Assembly: GCA_041661745.1 (NCBI GenBank)
Contig: JBAZTR010000001.1
Span: forward strand, 300,306-364,305
Reading direction: 5' to 3'
From: Patescibacteria group bacterium
GTDB taxonomy: Bacteria > Patescibacteriota > Patescibacteriia > UBA9934 > GWF2-40-263
Length of the DNA stretch: 64,000 nt
Numbering within the stretch: the stretch's first letter is position 1; the number at the start of each line of letters is the position of its first letter. The notes below the pieces were generated by a model, which searched no databases, was not told the origin of the DNA, and saw nothing but the letters and a program-made list of their open reading frames with translations. Below are positions 10,549 to 21,400 of the stretch, one piece after another. Both the position numbers and the translations under genes were made by a program.

Positions 10549-11208
10549 TTAACTTAATTTTTTTATAAAAATATCTACTAAAAGTTTGAAACCGCCTAAA
10601 AAGCTTTGTCCGAATTCATGATAAATAACGGTAATCGGCACCTCAACGACCCGCCAACGTTCATGAACGACCAACGAAAGAATTTCCGAAGCATGCGCCG
10701 CGCGATCTTGTCGCCAGTTTAATTTTTCACCAACAATTGCAGTAAAAGCGCGAAAGCCTGATTGAGGGTCGGTCATTTTCACTCTAAAGAAAATCCGATT
10801 AACCGCTCGGGCTATTGGCATAATCAAATTCTTTTTAGCCCATGGCAACTTAGTGGTGTTGTCTAAAAACCTCGAGCCAAAAACCACATCGGCTTTTCCT
10901 TCAACCAACGGCTTAACCACCCGAGCAATATCCTCAACTCGAAACTGTCCGTCGGCATCAAAATGAACAACGATTTCGGCACCGTTTTCAATTGACCAAT
11001 TAGTGCCGGTTCTTAAGGCCGCGCCCTGACCGCGATTTATGATATGGCGCAAAACCACGGCCCCGACTTTTTCAGCCAGCGCCGCGGTTTCATCCTTTGA
11101 ACAGTCATCAACAACCACTGTTTTATAACCAGCGTGCAGTACCTCCTCAACAACCTTAGCAATCCACCGCGCTTCATTATACGCCGGAATTACGACAAAA
11201 ATTTTCAT
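10549..11208 (-). CDS. Glycosyltransferase family 2 (DPM1-like)
   Basis: VVIPAYNE, VVDDCSKD, HFDADGQ, TDPQSGFRAF. Confidence 0.92.
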   Translation of the reverse strand: MKIFVVIPAYNEARWIAKVVEEVLHAGYKTVVVDDCSKDETAALAEKVGAVVLRHIINRGQGAALRTGTNWSIENGAEIVVHFDADGQFRVEDIARVVKPLVEGKADVVFGSRFLDNTTKLPWAKKNLIMPIARAVNRIFFRVKMTDPQSGFRAFTAIVGEKLNWRQDRAAHASEILSLVVHERWRVVEVPITVIYHEFGQSFLGGFKLLVDIFIKKLS

Positions 11209-11251
11209 AAAAACCTTTAACGCCCTTCAACGCCTTAATGCCCTAACGCCC

Positions 11252-12268
11252 CTAACCCAGAGTGGTTAACAAAATTTTATTTGCCTTAATATATTCAACA
11301 GTCTTGCGCAAACCATCTTCTAAGCGAGTTAATGGCAACCAACCAAGCTCTTTAGCTTTGGTAAGCTCGGGTAAACCCAACTCGGTCAAAAAGAGCAAAC
11401 CGTCATCAAATTTTATTTGTGAAGACGAACCGACCATTTTAATTATCATCTCAGCTACTTGTGCCATTTTGATATCAAGATCGCTACCAATGTTAACCGG
11501 GCCAAATCCTTCGGGGGCTTTCATGACACGAATTAACCCGTCAACAGCATCGTTAACATGACAAAGCGAAGTGGTAAAATCTTCACGGCCGTAAATTATC
11601 AAATCTTTATTGTCCAGGGCGTTTAAAATAAAATCCGGAATTAACTGAGCGTCAAACAACGGCATGCGCGGACCGTAAATGCGAAAGACCCGAGCGATTT
11701 TTGTATCCAAGCCGTGGACCTGACGGTAGGTTTCAAACATGGTTTCGGAGAAGCGTCGGCCTTCGTCGTAGCAACCGCGTGGCGTTAAATGCGAGACACA
11801 GCCGGTGTCTTCCTCACGAAAAATTTTGTGATCCTCGGTCCGTGATCCGTAAACAACCGAACTCGAGGCCAATAAAACTTTAGCGCGATATTTTACCGCG
11901 GCTTCTAAAACATAATAGTTACCGAGCGAATTGGACAACAAGGTTTGAATTTTAAATTGATCAAAATTTTTGATCGACATGGGACAGGCCAAATGATAAA
12001 TTTCCTGCACCCCTTGAAAAGGAATTTTAAAAGCCGCCAATTCTTTAAACGATTCCAAATTAAAAGGTTGATTAATATCCAACCGTAAAAATTGAAAATC
12101 AGGATTAGCTAATAATCCTTCAATGTTGCGTGGATGCGAGGTAGCAAAGTTATCGACGCAAATAACATGATTGTTTTCGTGCAACAAATGTTCACACAAA
12201 TGCGAACCGATAAACCCGGCTCCACCGGTTACTAAAATATTTTTTTTACCGGAAATATATTCACTCAT
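11252..12268 (-). CDS. NAD-dependent epimerase/dehydratase (UDP-glucuronate decarboxylase-like)
   Basis: VTGGAGFIGSHL, IYHLACP, CYDEGRR, IYGPRM. Confidence 0.85.
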   Translation of the reverse strand: MSEYISGKKNILVTGGAGFIGSHLCEHLLHENNHVICVDNFATSHPRNIEGLLANPDFQFLRLDINQPFNLESFKELAAFKIPFQGVQEIYHLACPMSIKNFDQFKIQTLLSNSLGNYYVLEAAVKYRAKVLLASSSVVYGSRTEDHKIFREEDTGCVSHLTPRGCYDEGRRFSETMFETYRQVHGLDTKIARVFRIYGPRMPLFDAQLIPDFILNALDNKDLIIYGREDFTTSLCHVNDAVDGLIRVMKAPEGFGPVNIGSDLDIKMAQVAEMIIKMVGSSSQIKFDDGLLFLTELGLPELTKAKELGWLPLTRLEDGLRKTVEYIKANKILLTTLG

Positions 12269-12284
12269 AGTTTTTTAGGTGTGA

Positions 12285-12361
12285 GTATGTAGTAGGTAGT
12301 ATGTAGGCAATAGTTCTAATTGGATCTTTTGCCTACCTACTACATACTACCTACTAAATAC
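12285..12361. repeat. Inverted repeat built from GTAGTAT/GTAGTAG heptamers
   Basis: gtatgtagtaggtagtatgtaggc ... gcctacctactacatactacctac; related copy at 52646-52716. Confidence 0.75.
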
Positions 12362-12370
12362 CTTTAATTT

Positions 12371-14392
12371 TTACCACCCCGCTACAAATATACCATCATT
12401 AAGCGAATCAGAAAATGGAAAGAAACCACCAATAGTTGTACCCGAGGCGTTAAAAACACGTAAATGCGGCCCACCACCCGGTCCGGCCGCTGTGTAAATT
12501 TCCGCCGAACCGTTATCGTCTAAATCAGCAACCGCCACCCTAACACCGCCGCGAAAAAACTCATCGTAAGCGAAAAATGACGCCATAACCGTTCCATCAG
12601 CCTCAAAAGCTCGCACATGCGGCCCACCACCGTAATCAGTGCCGGTAACTATTTCGTCAACCCCGTCGCTATCCAAATCACCGGCTTCAACATAAATTCC
12701 TTTGTCGTAAGTTGTAGCATAGGCTTCAAAAGATTTTATAAAAGTGCCGGTGCCGCTAAAAATCGAAACTGTCGGCTGATGTCCGGATCCGGTCCCGACA
12801 ATAATTTCGTCCGTGCCATCATTGTTTGTATCACCGGCGGCCACGCGTAAACTAAGCGGTGTCACACCAAAAGGTTTAATAAAACCATTTTGTTCACCAT
12901 TCATTTCAAACCAGCGGACTTCCCCATTACCGCCCTTGTCCGGCGCAGTTAAAATTTCGCCAACGCCATCACCGTCAGTGTCGCCAACCCCAACAAAAAT
13001 TCCATGAGTATCACTGGTGCTATAAGCAAAAAATTGTTTAATCAGTGTTCCGTCGGTTTCAAACACTCTAACCTGCGGCCCGCCGCCCGGCCCCGGACCA
13101 GTAACAATTTCATCCACTCCATCACCATCGACATCGCCCATAGCCAAACGAACGCCGCCACCAAAATTTTCGTCATAGGCATAAAACTCGGTTTGTCGAT
13201 TGCCATGCGCGTCAAAAATTCTAACTAGCGACGAATCACCAGCTGGCGCGGTGGCTAAAAAACCGCTAGAAACTTTTGAGATGCTTGAAGCGCCGGCCGA
13301 CGAAGCAAAACTAGCTCCCAATTCAATCGCTTTGGAAATATTCAATCGTCCCGCCCCCAATTGGCCAACAGCTATAGTTCCCTTTTCTTTTAATGGATCG
13401 ACAGATAACTGAAGAACCAGCTTTACTTCGTCAGGGGTGATTCCCGGATAGGCAGCTCGCAGTAAAGCTGCAGCACCAGAAATCATTGGCGCGGCCAACG
13501 AGGTGCCGTCCCAGTTGCCGCCGTAATAATCAGTAAATTCAAGACTGGTATCGTCTTGTAAAAGTGTACTAAAAATATCCACACCGGGCGCGGAAATATC
13601 GGCACAACTAGAGCCGTAATTAGAAAAAGAGGCGCGTTCATCAGACATGTCCGAAGCGGCCACGCCAATAACATAGTCGATCAAACCATCTTGGCTCGCA
13701 AAACAAGCAGGATAAATCGGTATGTCATTAACACTTTCACTTTCGTTACCCAAAGCGGCCACCATAATCACTCCAGCTTCATGGGCTGTTTTAGCCGCAC
13801 TCAAAAAAGAAGAATCAAAAGTTGTGCCGGTTAAACTAAAATTAATAACATCGGCTCCGTTGGCCACCGCGTATTCAACGGCCGCGGTAGCGTTGCGCGA
13901 ATCACCCGAACCAAAACGATCAAGAATACGTACTGGCATTAATTTTATTTTCCAATTTAGTCCGGCAATGCCTTCATCGTTATCAGTTTGTGCCCCAATA
14001 ATGCCGGCCACAAAAGTTCCGTGCAAAATTGCATCAGCGTCAAAAGACTCGGTTGTGTATTCCGGTTCAACCGTGGCATCGTTACGAACAAAATCCCACC
14101 CCTCGACATCATCAATGTAACCGTTATGATCATTATCAATTCCGTCATCGGCAATTTCGTCGGTATTTTGCCAAAAATGACCAACCAAATCGGGGTGATC
14201 GGTATCAATACCAGTATCTAAAATTGCGACCACCACGTCATCAGAACCAGTTGTGGTATTCCACGCCGTGAAAGCGTCAATTTGTCCAAGGTACCATTGC
14301 TTATCCAGATATAAATCATCGGGTGTTTCGGCCAAAACCGGGGTCGCTGTGAAAAAAAAGATAAAGAGAAAAATAAAAAATTTCTTTTGCAT
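12371..14392 (-). CDS. Secreted S8 (subtilisin-like) peptidase with C-terminal FG-GAP-like repeats
   Basis: AILDTGID, HGTFVAG, GTSLAAP catalytic motifs; repeated GDxDGDGxDEI...GGGPxVR units. Confidence 0.92.
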   Translation of the reverse strand: MQKKFFIFLFIFFFTATPVLAETPDDLYLDKQWYLGQIDAFTAWNTTTGSDDVVVAILDTGIDTDHPDLVGHFWQNTDEIADDGIDNDHNGYIDDVEGWDFVRNDATVEPEYTTESFDADAILHGTFVAGIIGAQTDNDEGIAGLNWKIKLMPVRILDRFGSGDSRNATAAVEYAVANGADVINFSLTGTTFDSSFLSAAKTAHEAGVIMVAALGNESESVNDIPIYPACFASQDGLIDYVIGVAASDMSDERASFSNYGSSCADISAPGVDIFSTLLQDDTSLEFTDYYGGNWDGTSLAAPMISGAAALLRAAYPGITPDEVKLVLQLSVDPLKEKGTIAVGQLGAGRLNISKAIELGASFASSAGASSISKVSSGFLATAPAGDSSLVRIFDAHGNRQTEFYAYDENFGGGVRLAMGDVDGDGVDEIVTGPGPGGGPQVRVFETDGTLIKQFFAYSTSDTHGIFVGVGDTDGDGVGEILTAPDKGGNGEVRWFEMNGEQNGFIKPFGVTPLSLRVAAGDTNNDGTDEIIVGTGSGHQPTVSIFSGTGTFIKSFEAYATTYDKGIYVEAGDLDSDGVDEIVTGTDYGGGPHVRAFEADGTVMASFFAYDEFFRGGVRVAVADLDDNGSAEIYTAAGPGGGPHLRVFNASGTTIGGFFPFSDSLNDGIFVAGW

Positions 14393-14417
14393 AACCTAAA
14401 CACAAAAACGGAAAAAA

Positions 14418-15122
14418 TTATTCCGCCATTTTACTCCGAACTTCGGCGATTTTTTCGTTAATCGTCTCGTCATCAGGTGATAATTGTTTTACAACTTTGT
14501 AGTGTGACAAAGCACGATCGTATTGCTCATTATCAGCATACCAATCACCAAGCCGACGAACCAGACCAGGGGTTTGGCCAAGATTGGCAATAGCTTCCTC
14601 AAGAATACTTTGAATTTCTTTTTGACGATCTGGAAATTTATTGTAAATAAGATCAACTAGTTTTAAATAGGTTACTTCCCATGGGTTAACCGAAATAGCC
14701 GCTCGCCAACGGAGCTCGGCTCCTTCGTAATCTTGCATTTCAAACAAAGTTTGACCTAAATTTTCTAAAGCCGCGCCGTCAGCCGGATGATCGGCCAAAA
14801 TTTTTGTTTCGTAAATTTCTTTAGCCGCCGCCAAATCGCCCAATTGGTATTTCATGTTTCCCAAAGTAAGCCATTGAGAAATATCCTTAGCAAGTTCGGA
14901 ATCGGTCGCTAATTTATTTTCCAATTCAGAAATTTTTTGTTCCAAAGTGGCTTTATCACCTTCATTAAAACCACGGTCAATATAATACAAAAAATTATCC
15001 TCAGGCGAAACGATTATTTCGTTATTAAACAGGCCTAGTTTCCACGATAATCCGGAAACGGCCAAAACTAACACGGCAATAATAAAAATCACTCCTTTTA
15101 TTGTAATTTTTGGTAGTTTCAT
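14418..15122 (-). CDS. Membrane-anchored TPR protein
   Basis: Start reset to MKLPKITIK (ATG 15122); N-terminal TM, TPR-like helices. The longer ORF extension overlaps the next gene. Confidence 0.8.
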   Translation of the reverse strand: MKLPKITIKGVIFIIAVLVLAVSGLSWKLGLFNNEIIVSPEDNFLYYIDRGFNEGDKATLEQKISELENKLATDSELAKDISQWLTLGNMKYQLGDLAAAKEIYETKILADHPADGAALENLGQTLFEMQDYEGAELRWRAAISVNPWEVTYLKLVDLIYNKFPDRQKEIQSILEEAIANLGQTPGLVRRLGDWYADNEQYDRALSHYKVVKQLSPDDETINEKIAEVRSKMAE

Positions 15123-15160
15123 AGTGGTAAAAGTATAACTAAAAACCGTAATTTTCGCAA

Positions 15161-15193
15161 GAAAAAAATCCCCAGGGCCGAAGCCAAGGGGAA
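15161..15193 (-). terminator. Intrinsic terminator of the GC-rich lipoprotein gene
   Basis: Minus strand TCCCCTTGGC-TTCG-GCCCTGGGGA followed by a T-run. Confidence 0.7.
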
Positions 15194-15202
15194 AGCGCCC
15201 CG

Positions 15203-18160
15203 TTAGGGGCAGGAAAGGTCGGTGCCGTTGTCGTAGACGTACGGCTCCCACCTCACGTAGCGACAGCCGTCCCACGCGGTGCTGTTGTACGTACAGCACT
15301 CGGAGTACGTCGAACAGTACGCGGTGAAGGACGGGATCTTCCAGTCGGCACAGTCGGTCGTTCCGACCGGATCGAGTGGATTGGACGCCGAGAGTGTCGA
15401 CACCAGACGGAACGACCCGGCCCCGGTGGCAAAGTCGTCCGTGGTGACGCACCACGAATCCATGACTCCGTCGTCGTCGACATCGCCGTTCAGGGCCCGG
15501 GTATCGACGAGGGCGGTGTACGGCGTGCCAAACTGGAGGTAGGTCGAGGCTTCGCTGTACGGCGAGGCCAGAACCAGGAAACCGGGCACGCAGGCATCGA
15601 TGCCTCCGTCGCCGTCGGCATCGATGAGGTCAACGAGGTCTTCACTGTTCAAGATCCCGTCGGAATCCACGTCCTCGCAATCCCAGATGTCGTCGGCCGT
15701 ACCGCTGCAGTCTTCGTCAATTCCGTCGCAGGTCTCGGTGGCGCCGGGGTAGACGGCTGCGTCGGCGTCATCGCAATCGGTGTTGTCTGCGATGTAGCCC
15801 GTGGGCTGATCGCAGGCATCCTGAGACATAGCACTGCTGCCGTACCCGTCCTCGTCCGCGTCCGCGTACCAGGTGGTGGCGTCGAGAGCATCGGCTTCGT
15901 CAGTGGTACCGTCGCAGTCCTCGTCGACTCCGTCGCAGGTTTCGGTGGCGCCGGGATAGACGGCTGCGTCGGTGTCGTCGCAGTCGTCGTCGTTCAGGAC
16001 GTAATCGTCCGGCTTGCTATCGGGGCAGCCGGAGGCTTGGGTTCCTTCGGGATCACCGTAGCTATCGCTGTCTTCGTCGGGCCAGCCGACGTAGTAGGTG
16101 AAGCCTTCATCAGTCGCGCCGTCACAGTTGTTGTCGAGGCTGTCACAGATCTCCTCAGCGCCGGGGTTGATCTCGGCGTCGGTATCGTCGCAGTCGGAGT
16201 CGTCCTCGACGTAACCCGAGAGCACAGTGCAGGCCTCGACCGAAATCGAAGCGTCACCGTAGCCATCGGAATCAGTGTCGGGAGACTGGGTGATCAGCAG
16301 GTCGTTGTCGATCACACCATCACAGTCCTCGTCGACTCCATCGCAAGTCTCGGTAGCGCCCGGGTAGATACTGGCATCGCCGTCATTGCAGTCGTCGCAG
16401 GCAGCCGAACCGTCGCTGTCTGCATCAGCCCAACCAGTCGAGCCGTCGCAGTTGTAGTCGGCCGGGTCGGAGCAGTTGGACTCATCGGCTCCGGGATGGT
16501 AGGCCGCATCGGTGTCGTCACAGTCGTCGTCGTTCGTGACGTAACCCTCGAGTACAGCGCAATCCTCGGTCGAAACCAAGGGGTCGCCGTAGCCGTCGGA
16601 GTCAGCGTCGCGATACTGAGTGACCATCAAGCCATCGTCGGCCGTGCCGTCGCAGTCCTGATCCACACCATCGCAGACCTCGACCTCGTCGGGGTTGATG
16701 GCGGCGTTCGTGTCGTCGCAGTCAGTTGCGTCCGTGACATAGCCATCGAGTACAGCACAGTCCTCGGTCGAAACCAAGGCGTTGCCGTGTCCATCGCCGT
16801 CAAGATCCTGGTACTGAGGAATGGTGGCGATACCATCATCGGCCGTGCCATCGCAGTCCTGATCCAGGTCGTCACAGACTTCGGCCGCGCCGGGATTGAT
16901 GGTGGCGTCGAGGTCGTCGCAGTCGGTCGCGTCCTCGACGTAACCAGTGGGCTGGTCGCAGGCGTCCTGGGACACGGTACTGTCGCCGTATCCGTCACCA
17001 TCGACATCGACGTACCAGGTGGTGGCGTCGAGAGAGTCGGCTTCGTCGGTGGTACCGTCGCAGTCGTTGTCGACCAGGTCGCAGTACTCATCGGCGTCCG
17101 GGTTGATGGTGGCGTCGGTGTCGTCACAGTCGGTCGCGTCCGTAACGTAGCCTGTGAGGGCCTCGCAGTCCTCGATAGACATCGCGGCGTCGCCGAAGCC
17201 ATCACCGTCGGAGTCCTGGAACTGGATGATGGTGACGAGACCATCGTCGGCCGTGCCGTCGCAGTCCTGATCCACACCATCGCAGACCTCGACCTCGTCG
17301 GGGTTGATGGCGGCGTTCGTGTCGTCGCAGTCAGTTGCGTCCGTGACATAGCCATCGAGTACAGCACAGTCCTCGGTCGAAACCAAGGCGTTGCCGTGTC
17401 CATCGCCGTCAAGATCCTGGTACTGAGGAATGGTGGCGATACCATCATCGGCCGTGCCATCGCAGTCCTGATCCAGGTCGTCACAGACTTCGGCCGCGCC
17501 GGGATTGATGGTGGCGTCGAGGTCGTCGCAATCCTCACAAGCCGCCCAACCGTCGGTGTCAGCGTCAGTGAGGGCAGAAGAACCATCGCAGTTGTAGTCG
17601 TTCGGATCCGTGCAGTCGTCCTCGGTGGCGCCGGGGTGGTAGGCCGGGTCCGAGTCATCGCAGTCAGTATCGTCCTCGATGAAGCCCGGGGGCTGGTCAC
17701 AAGCAACCTCGTAGACATCGGGGTCGCCGTAACCGTCCTCGTCGCCATCGAAGAACCAGATGGGCGCATCGATCGCGTCCGCCTCGTCGGTCGTGCCGTC
17801 GCAGTCGTTGTCGACCAGATCGCAGTACTCAGCGGCATCCGGGTTGATGGTGGCGTCCTCATCGTTGCAGTCGCCTTCCTCAACCGTCCATCCGTCGTCG
17901 TCCACGTCGACCGGATCGATCCCGGTATCGCCGGTATCGGTATCCGTGTCCGTGTCGGTGTCGGAATCGGTGTCCGCATCCGTATCGGTATCCGTGTCAG
18001 AGTCGGTATCGACATCGGTATCCGTGTCGGAATCCGAATCAGTGTCAGTGTCCGAGTCGATGTCGGTGTCAACTACCGGATCCCCAGTGTCGACTCCGGG
18101 CCACGGCGGCAGACAGCCGGCCATGAAAAGCGCCAAGAAAGCGGCCAGAATGAAACGCAT
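15203..18160 (-). CDS. GC-rich lipoprotein with many Asp/Cys putative metal-binding (MopE-related) repeats
   Basis: Lipobox MRFILAAFLALFMAGC, DT/DS low-complexity linker, more than ten DCDDxxxxxNPxAxExCDxxDxDCDG units. Confidence 0.88.
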   Translation of the reverse strand: MRFILAAFLALFMAGCLPPWPGVDTGDPVVDTDIDSDTDTDSDSDTDTDVDTDSDTDTDTDADTDSDTDTDTDTDTGDTGIDPVDVDDDGWTVEEGDCNDEDATINPDAAEYCDLVDNDCDGTTDEADAIDAPIWFFDGDEDGYGDPDVYEVACDQPPGFIEDDTDCDDSDPAYHPGATEDDCTDPNDYNCDGSSALTDADTDGWAACEDCDDLDATINPGAAEVCDDLDQDCDGTADDGIATIPQYQDLDGDGHGNALVSTEDCAVLDGYVTDATDCDDTNAAINPDEVEVCDGVDQDCDGTADDGLVTIIQFQDSDGDGFGDAAMSIEDCEALTGYVTDATDCDDTDATINPDADEYCDLVDNDCDGTTDEADSLDATTWYVDVDGDGYGDSTVSQDACDQPTGYVEDATDCDDLDATINPGAAEVCDDLDQDCDGTADDGIATIPQYQDLDGDGHGNALVSTEDCAVLDGYVTDATDCDDTNAAINPDEVEVCDGVDQDCDGTADDGLMVTQYRDADSDGYGDPLVSTEDCAVLEGYVTNDDDCDDTDAAYHPGADESNCSDPADYNCDGSTGWADADSDGSAACDDCNDGDASIYPGATETCDGVDEDCDGVIDNDLLITQSPDTDSDGYGDASISVEACTVLSGYVEDDSDCDDTDAEINPGAEEICDSLDNNCDGATDEGFTYYVGWPDEDSDSYGDPEGTQASGCPDSKPDDYVLNDDDCDDTDAAVYPGATETCDGVDEDCDGTTDEADALDATTWYADADEDGYGSSAMSQDACDQPTGYIADNTDCDDADAAVYPGATETCDGIDEDCSGTADDIWDCEDVDSDGILNSEDLVDLIDADGDGGIDACVPGFLVLASPYSEASTYLQFGTPYTALVDTRALNGDVDDDGVMDSWCVTTDDFATGAGSFRLVSTLSASNPLDPVGTTDCADWKIPSFTAYCSTYSECCTYNSTAWDGCRYVRWEPYVYDNGTDLSCP

Positions 18161-18209
18161 GTGTGTATCCCTCGCAGTCGATTGTTTCGGTTTTTTTGGG
18201 TGTTTATCA

Positions 18210-18257
18210 TGTTAAAGAACAGCTGATAATTAAAGCATAAAACAACGGGGGTGGCAA
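18210..18257 (-). promoter_or_regulatory. Sigma70 promoter followed by boxA-like element
   Basis: TTGCCA(18257-52)-17bp-TTTAAT(18234-29), then TGTTCTTTAACA(18221-10). Confidence 0.6.
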
Positions 18258-18274
18258 GTCTACCCATCAAAACC

Positions 18275-18304
18275 AAAAGCACAGCCCGAAAGCTGTGCCT
18301 TTGT
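18275..18304. terminator. Terminator hairpin downstream of the S-layer-like gene
   Basis: aaaagcacagc-ccgaaa-gctgtgcctttg with A/T-rich flanks. Confidence 0.6.
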
Positions 18305-18473
18305 TTCTTATAAGTCGTCTTGTGTTGCGATGGTTTCACTAAATCACAAGGATAAAGCGAAGAGTCGCAACGAAATTTTACGGGACTACCCGCAGGCAGG
18401 TGGGGCCGAGCGAACTCGGCCCCACCGCCCTCCATTGATTTACTCAATAGATTTTTTCGGACTTTGGCTACGA

Positions 18474-21400
18474 TTAGAAGGTCAAGGAGTTGCCACGAAC
18501 TGGCAAGGTCTTGAGCAAGGAAGCATATAACTCGGTTGTGGCCGAATCGTCTTCCCAGTTAATCGTACCATCTGTTCCGGCGTGTGCAGAAGAACCAGTG
18601 GCAGAGTTTGCGTTTGTTTCAAGAGTAATACGCAAAGTGTCATCGTTCGAAGCATTAGCGCCGGTCGAAGCCACTGTCATATACAAAGCATATGTGACAG
18701 ATGAGCCAGCCGCAATTGTATCAAGACCTGCGGCGTCTGCATCATCAACAACGATATAGAGAACATCTTCATGACCAGTAGTACAAGCTGCACCAGAAGT
18801 TGTAAAGAATGACCAATCTCCATCAGCGTCAAGAGCTGTTCCAAGATCGGCAATGTCGTACAAGGCCATATCAGGTTCGTCCAAATAAGCCGAGGCAGTT
18901 GTATCGCAAGTGTTCCAGTCTGAAGCACCCTGGTCAGTCGAACTCAAAGCGAAGGTAACTTCGTTTAAGGTAACATAACCACGCGAGTCAGCGGAAACTG
19001 TGAAGTGGAAGACGTCGTTCGCACCGTTATAGACAGCACCAGAAGGTGTGCCAGACGAAGGCGAGATTGTCGGCTTGGTCTTGTAGAGGGTCATTTCGTT
19101 AGAGGCAACCGCAGTATAAGTTACTGTGGTACCGGTAAGAGTTGTACCCGAACCTTGACCAACAGCTGATAGGTCGCCAGCAATCTTAGTCAAAGAGGCA
19201 GCTACTAAAGTTCCGGAAGTCGCACCAGTAGTTGAAACTGCACTTGTGTCAGCAGTAATTGTGACATAAGCACTGGCGTTTTCACCGACATAGAAATCCA
19301 TGCCAGTGAACGTTACTTTACTACCTGTAAAGTAACCAGTCTTTGTTTCGGTTACGCCATCGGAATTGGTGTAAGAGGCAGTCAACAAAGTGGCGACGTT
19401 GTCAGCACCAGAAGTTTCGGTGCCGTCATTACAATCGTTAGCTAGACCATCATAGCTGGTGCCATCAGTGTCGTAGCAGTTGTAGAAGGCCATCTTATCA
19501 ACCACGAAAGCTTCGTTGGCCGAAGTGAATTTGTACTTGGCAATCGACACACCGGTCGAAGAACCAAGAACAATTGTTGACGTCGGCATATCCGAAGCGG
19601 CAGTGATTGTCAAAGTTCCAGAAGCAGCGACTGTAAGAATCGGGACTCCCGGAATGTTAGCGGCAACTGTGTCATGTTCGGTGTCGTCGCTGGTATCAAC
19701 AGTACCACTACCATCAGAGTCATAAGAACCATCAACAGAGTCACCGTCTTCATCCTCGGCAACGAGCAGAGGAACGCCGTTGGTTGTCTGCAGATAGAAC
19801 TTATAAGTATCGCTAGCAGCATCAGTGTCGTCCAAAGCCACGTTGGCCAGGTCGCACTTCATGAGCAACTTTTCAGTTTCACCAGCATCGACCGTCCACG
19901 CAAAGCTCTCAAAAGCAATGGTGTAATCGGCTGTAGCTTCGGTGGCTGAACTGGCTGAAACGCCCTCTGGGCCATCAACCAAAGCGCCGGTCACGCTGTC
20001 ATAAATTGAGCAGGAGCTAATATGATCAGAAGGAACCAGGTCAACGTCAGGAGTATATGTGGCATCAGAATCACCGGCTACCATATATGTAGCTTCGGAA
20101 ATTGTAATGCTCGAGGATTCAGCAGCTGTGAAAGCATAACCAACCACCGGAACCGCGGCAGTACCAATAACATAGGTACCGGCCGACGGGGTGGAAGATT
20201 CATCAACCGTCAAGGACGAGGTTGTGATGGTCATGTAGTAACCAGAGATATCAGCTGTTGGTACGATATCAGTCGAGTTTGTCAAGGCATCGCCATTGGC
20301 GTCCTCGGCAGTAACAAGACTCACGTCAATCGTGGCTCTGACCAAATCAGCATTCAAGTCAGTGTCAGAATCGACATCAACTGTAACCATAAGGTCGAGT
20401 GAATCACCGGCTTGAAGATCTTGATAATCATCAAAGGTCAAAGTCTGGGTTTGGTCATCGGCGTGAGAGGCGGAAGCATTAGTAACGCTAAGTTCTTCCG
20501 GACCCATCCAAACCGTACCATCCGATTCACGAATAGAGATATCGGTGTAGTTGGCACCATCGCTGGTGTTGTTCAACAAATCATCGTCATCGGCGGCATC
20601 GTCAGCACCAGTGCCTATGTTCAAGATGATCGGCAAGTGTTGCAACTGAGTCCAGTTGGCTGAAGTGAGGGTAAATTCCAAGAGAACTTGATCAGCACTA
20701 TCAACCGCGATATCAGTAGATGTAGGACCATTGAAAGCAAAGGTCAAATCACCGCCCTGGATTGTTGACTCAGAACATTGTGTGGAGCAGGAGGCATTAC
20801 CGGTTTCATCGTAACCAGTAACATCAATACCCATGTTAAAGCCATAGATACTACCAATAGCCATAACATCGGCACTTTCTTCGATGGCAACGCTGATAAC
20901 TTCAGCAGATTCACCACCAACATCGGCCTTAACATACAATGTTTGGTCGCCACCTTTTTCAATTACCAACGGTTCGGTAAGAATAAAGGTAACTTTTTTT
21001 CCATCAACTGTTCCTTCTGAGAGAAGGTCGGCGCCATCATAAAGTGTAAAATTGTCGTGATCGCCGGCGTTATCAACATCGAACATGACTTGTTCAAGAG
21101 AAGCGCCTTCGGTGGCCGCGGCAAATTTAACTTTAGCAAGGGTGGCCTGTTCTTGACCGATGGTTGGGTTTGTGATCGAACCATTCTTGGTTACGGTCAA
21201 AGTTCCAGCAACGGTATCAGAAAAGGTCATAGTATTACCGGAAATTGGGAAGTTGCCAGAGACATCGTTATCAGTGACAACATCAGCCGCTTCAACCAAG
21301 GTGAAGTTCACTGTATCACCAGATGCAACCGTGGCCGCAGCTGCGACATCGATGCGAACGGTGAGATATTTGGTTTCGCCATCGGTGAAATCCAAATCCA

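Noticed and set aside
15123-15455. N-terminal extensions in the ORF track (TPR gene; also smpB to 62273 and the S-layer-like gene to 22445)
   Set aside because: They overlap neighbouring genes or leaders; downstream ATGs give typical N-termini.
16632-17530. Possible diversity-generating retroelement TR/VR pair
   Set aside because: The copies appear identical with no adenine-specific differences, both are in frame in one gene, and no reverse transcriptase is in the window.
16037-18226. Long plus-strand ORFs (also 32582-34291, 34582-35604, 35887-36753, 36853-38502, 42704-43903) and alternate-frame T/R/P-rich ORFs
   Set aside because: Antisense or frame shadows expected from GC-rich repetitive codons; the minus-strand ORFs carry the signal peptides, SD motifs, promoters and terminators.
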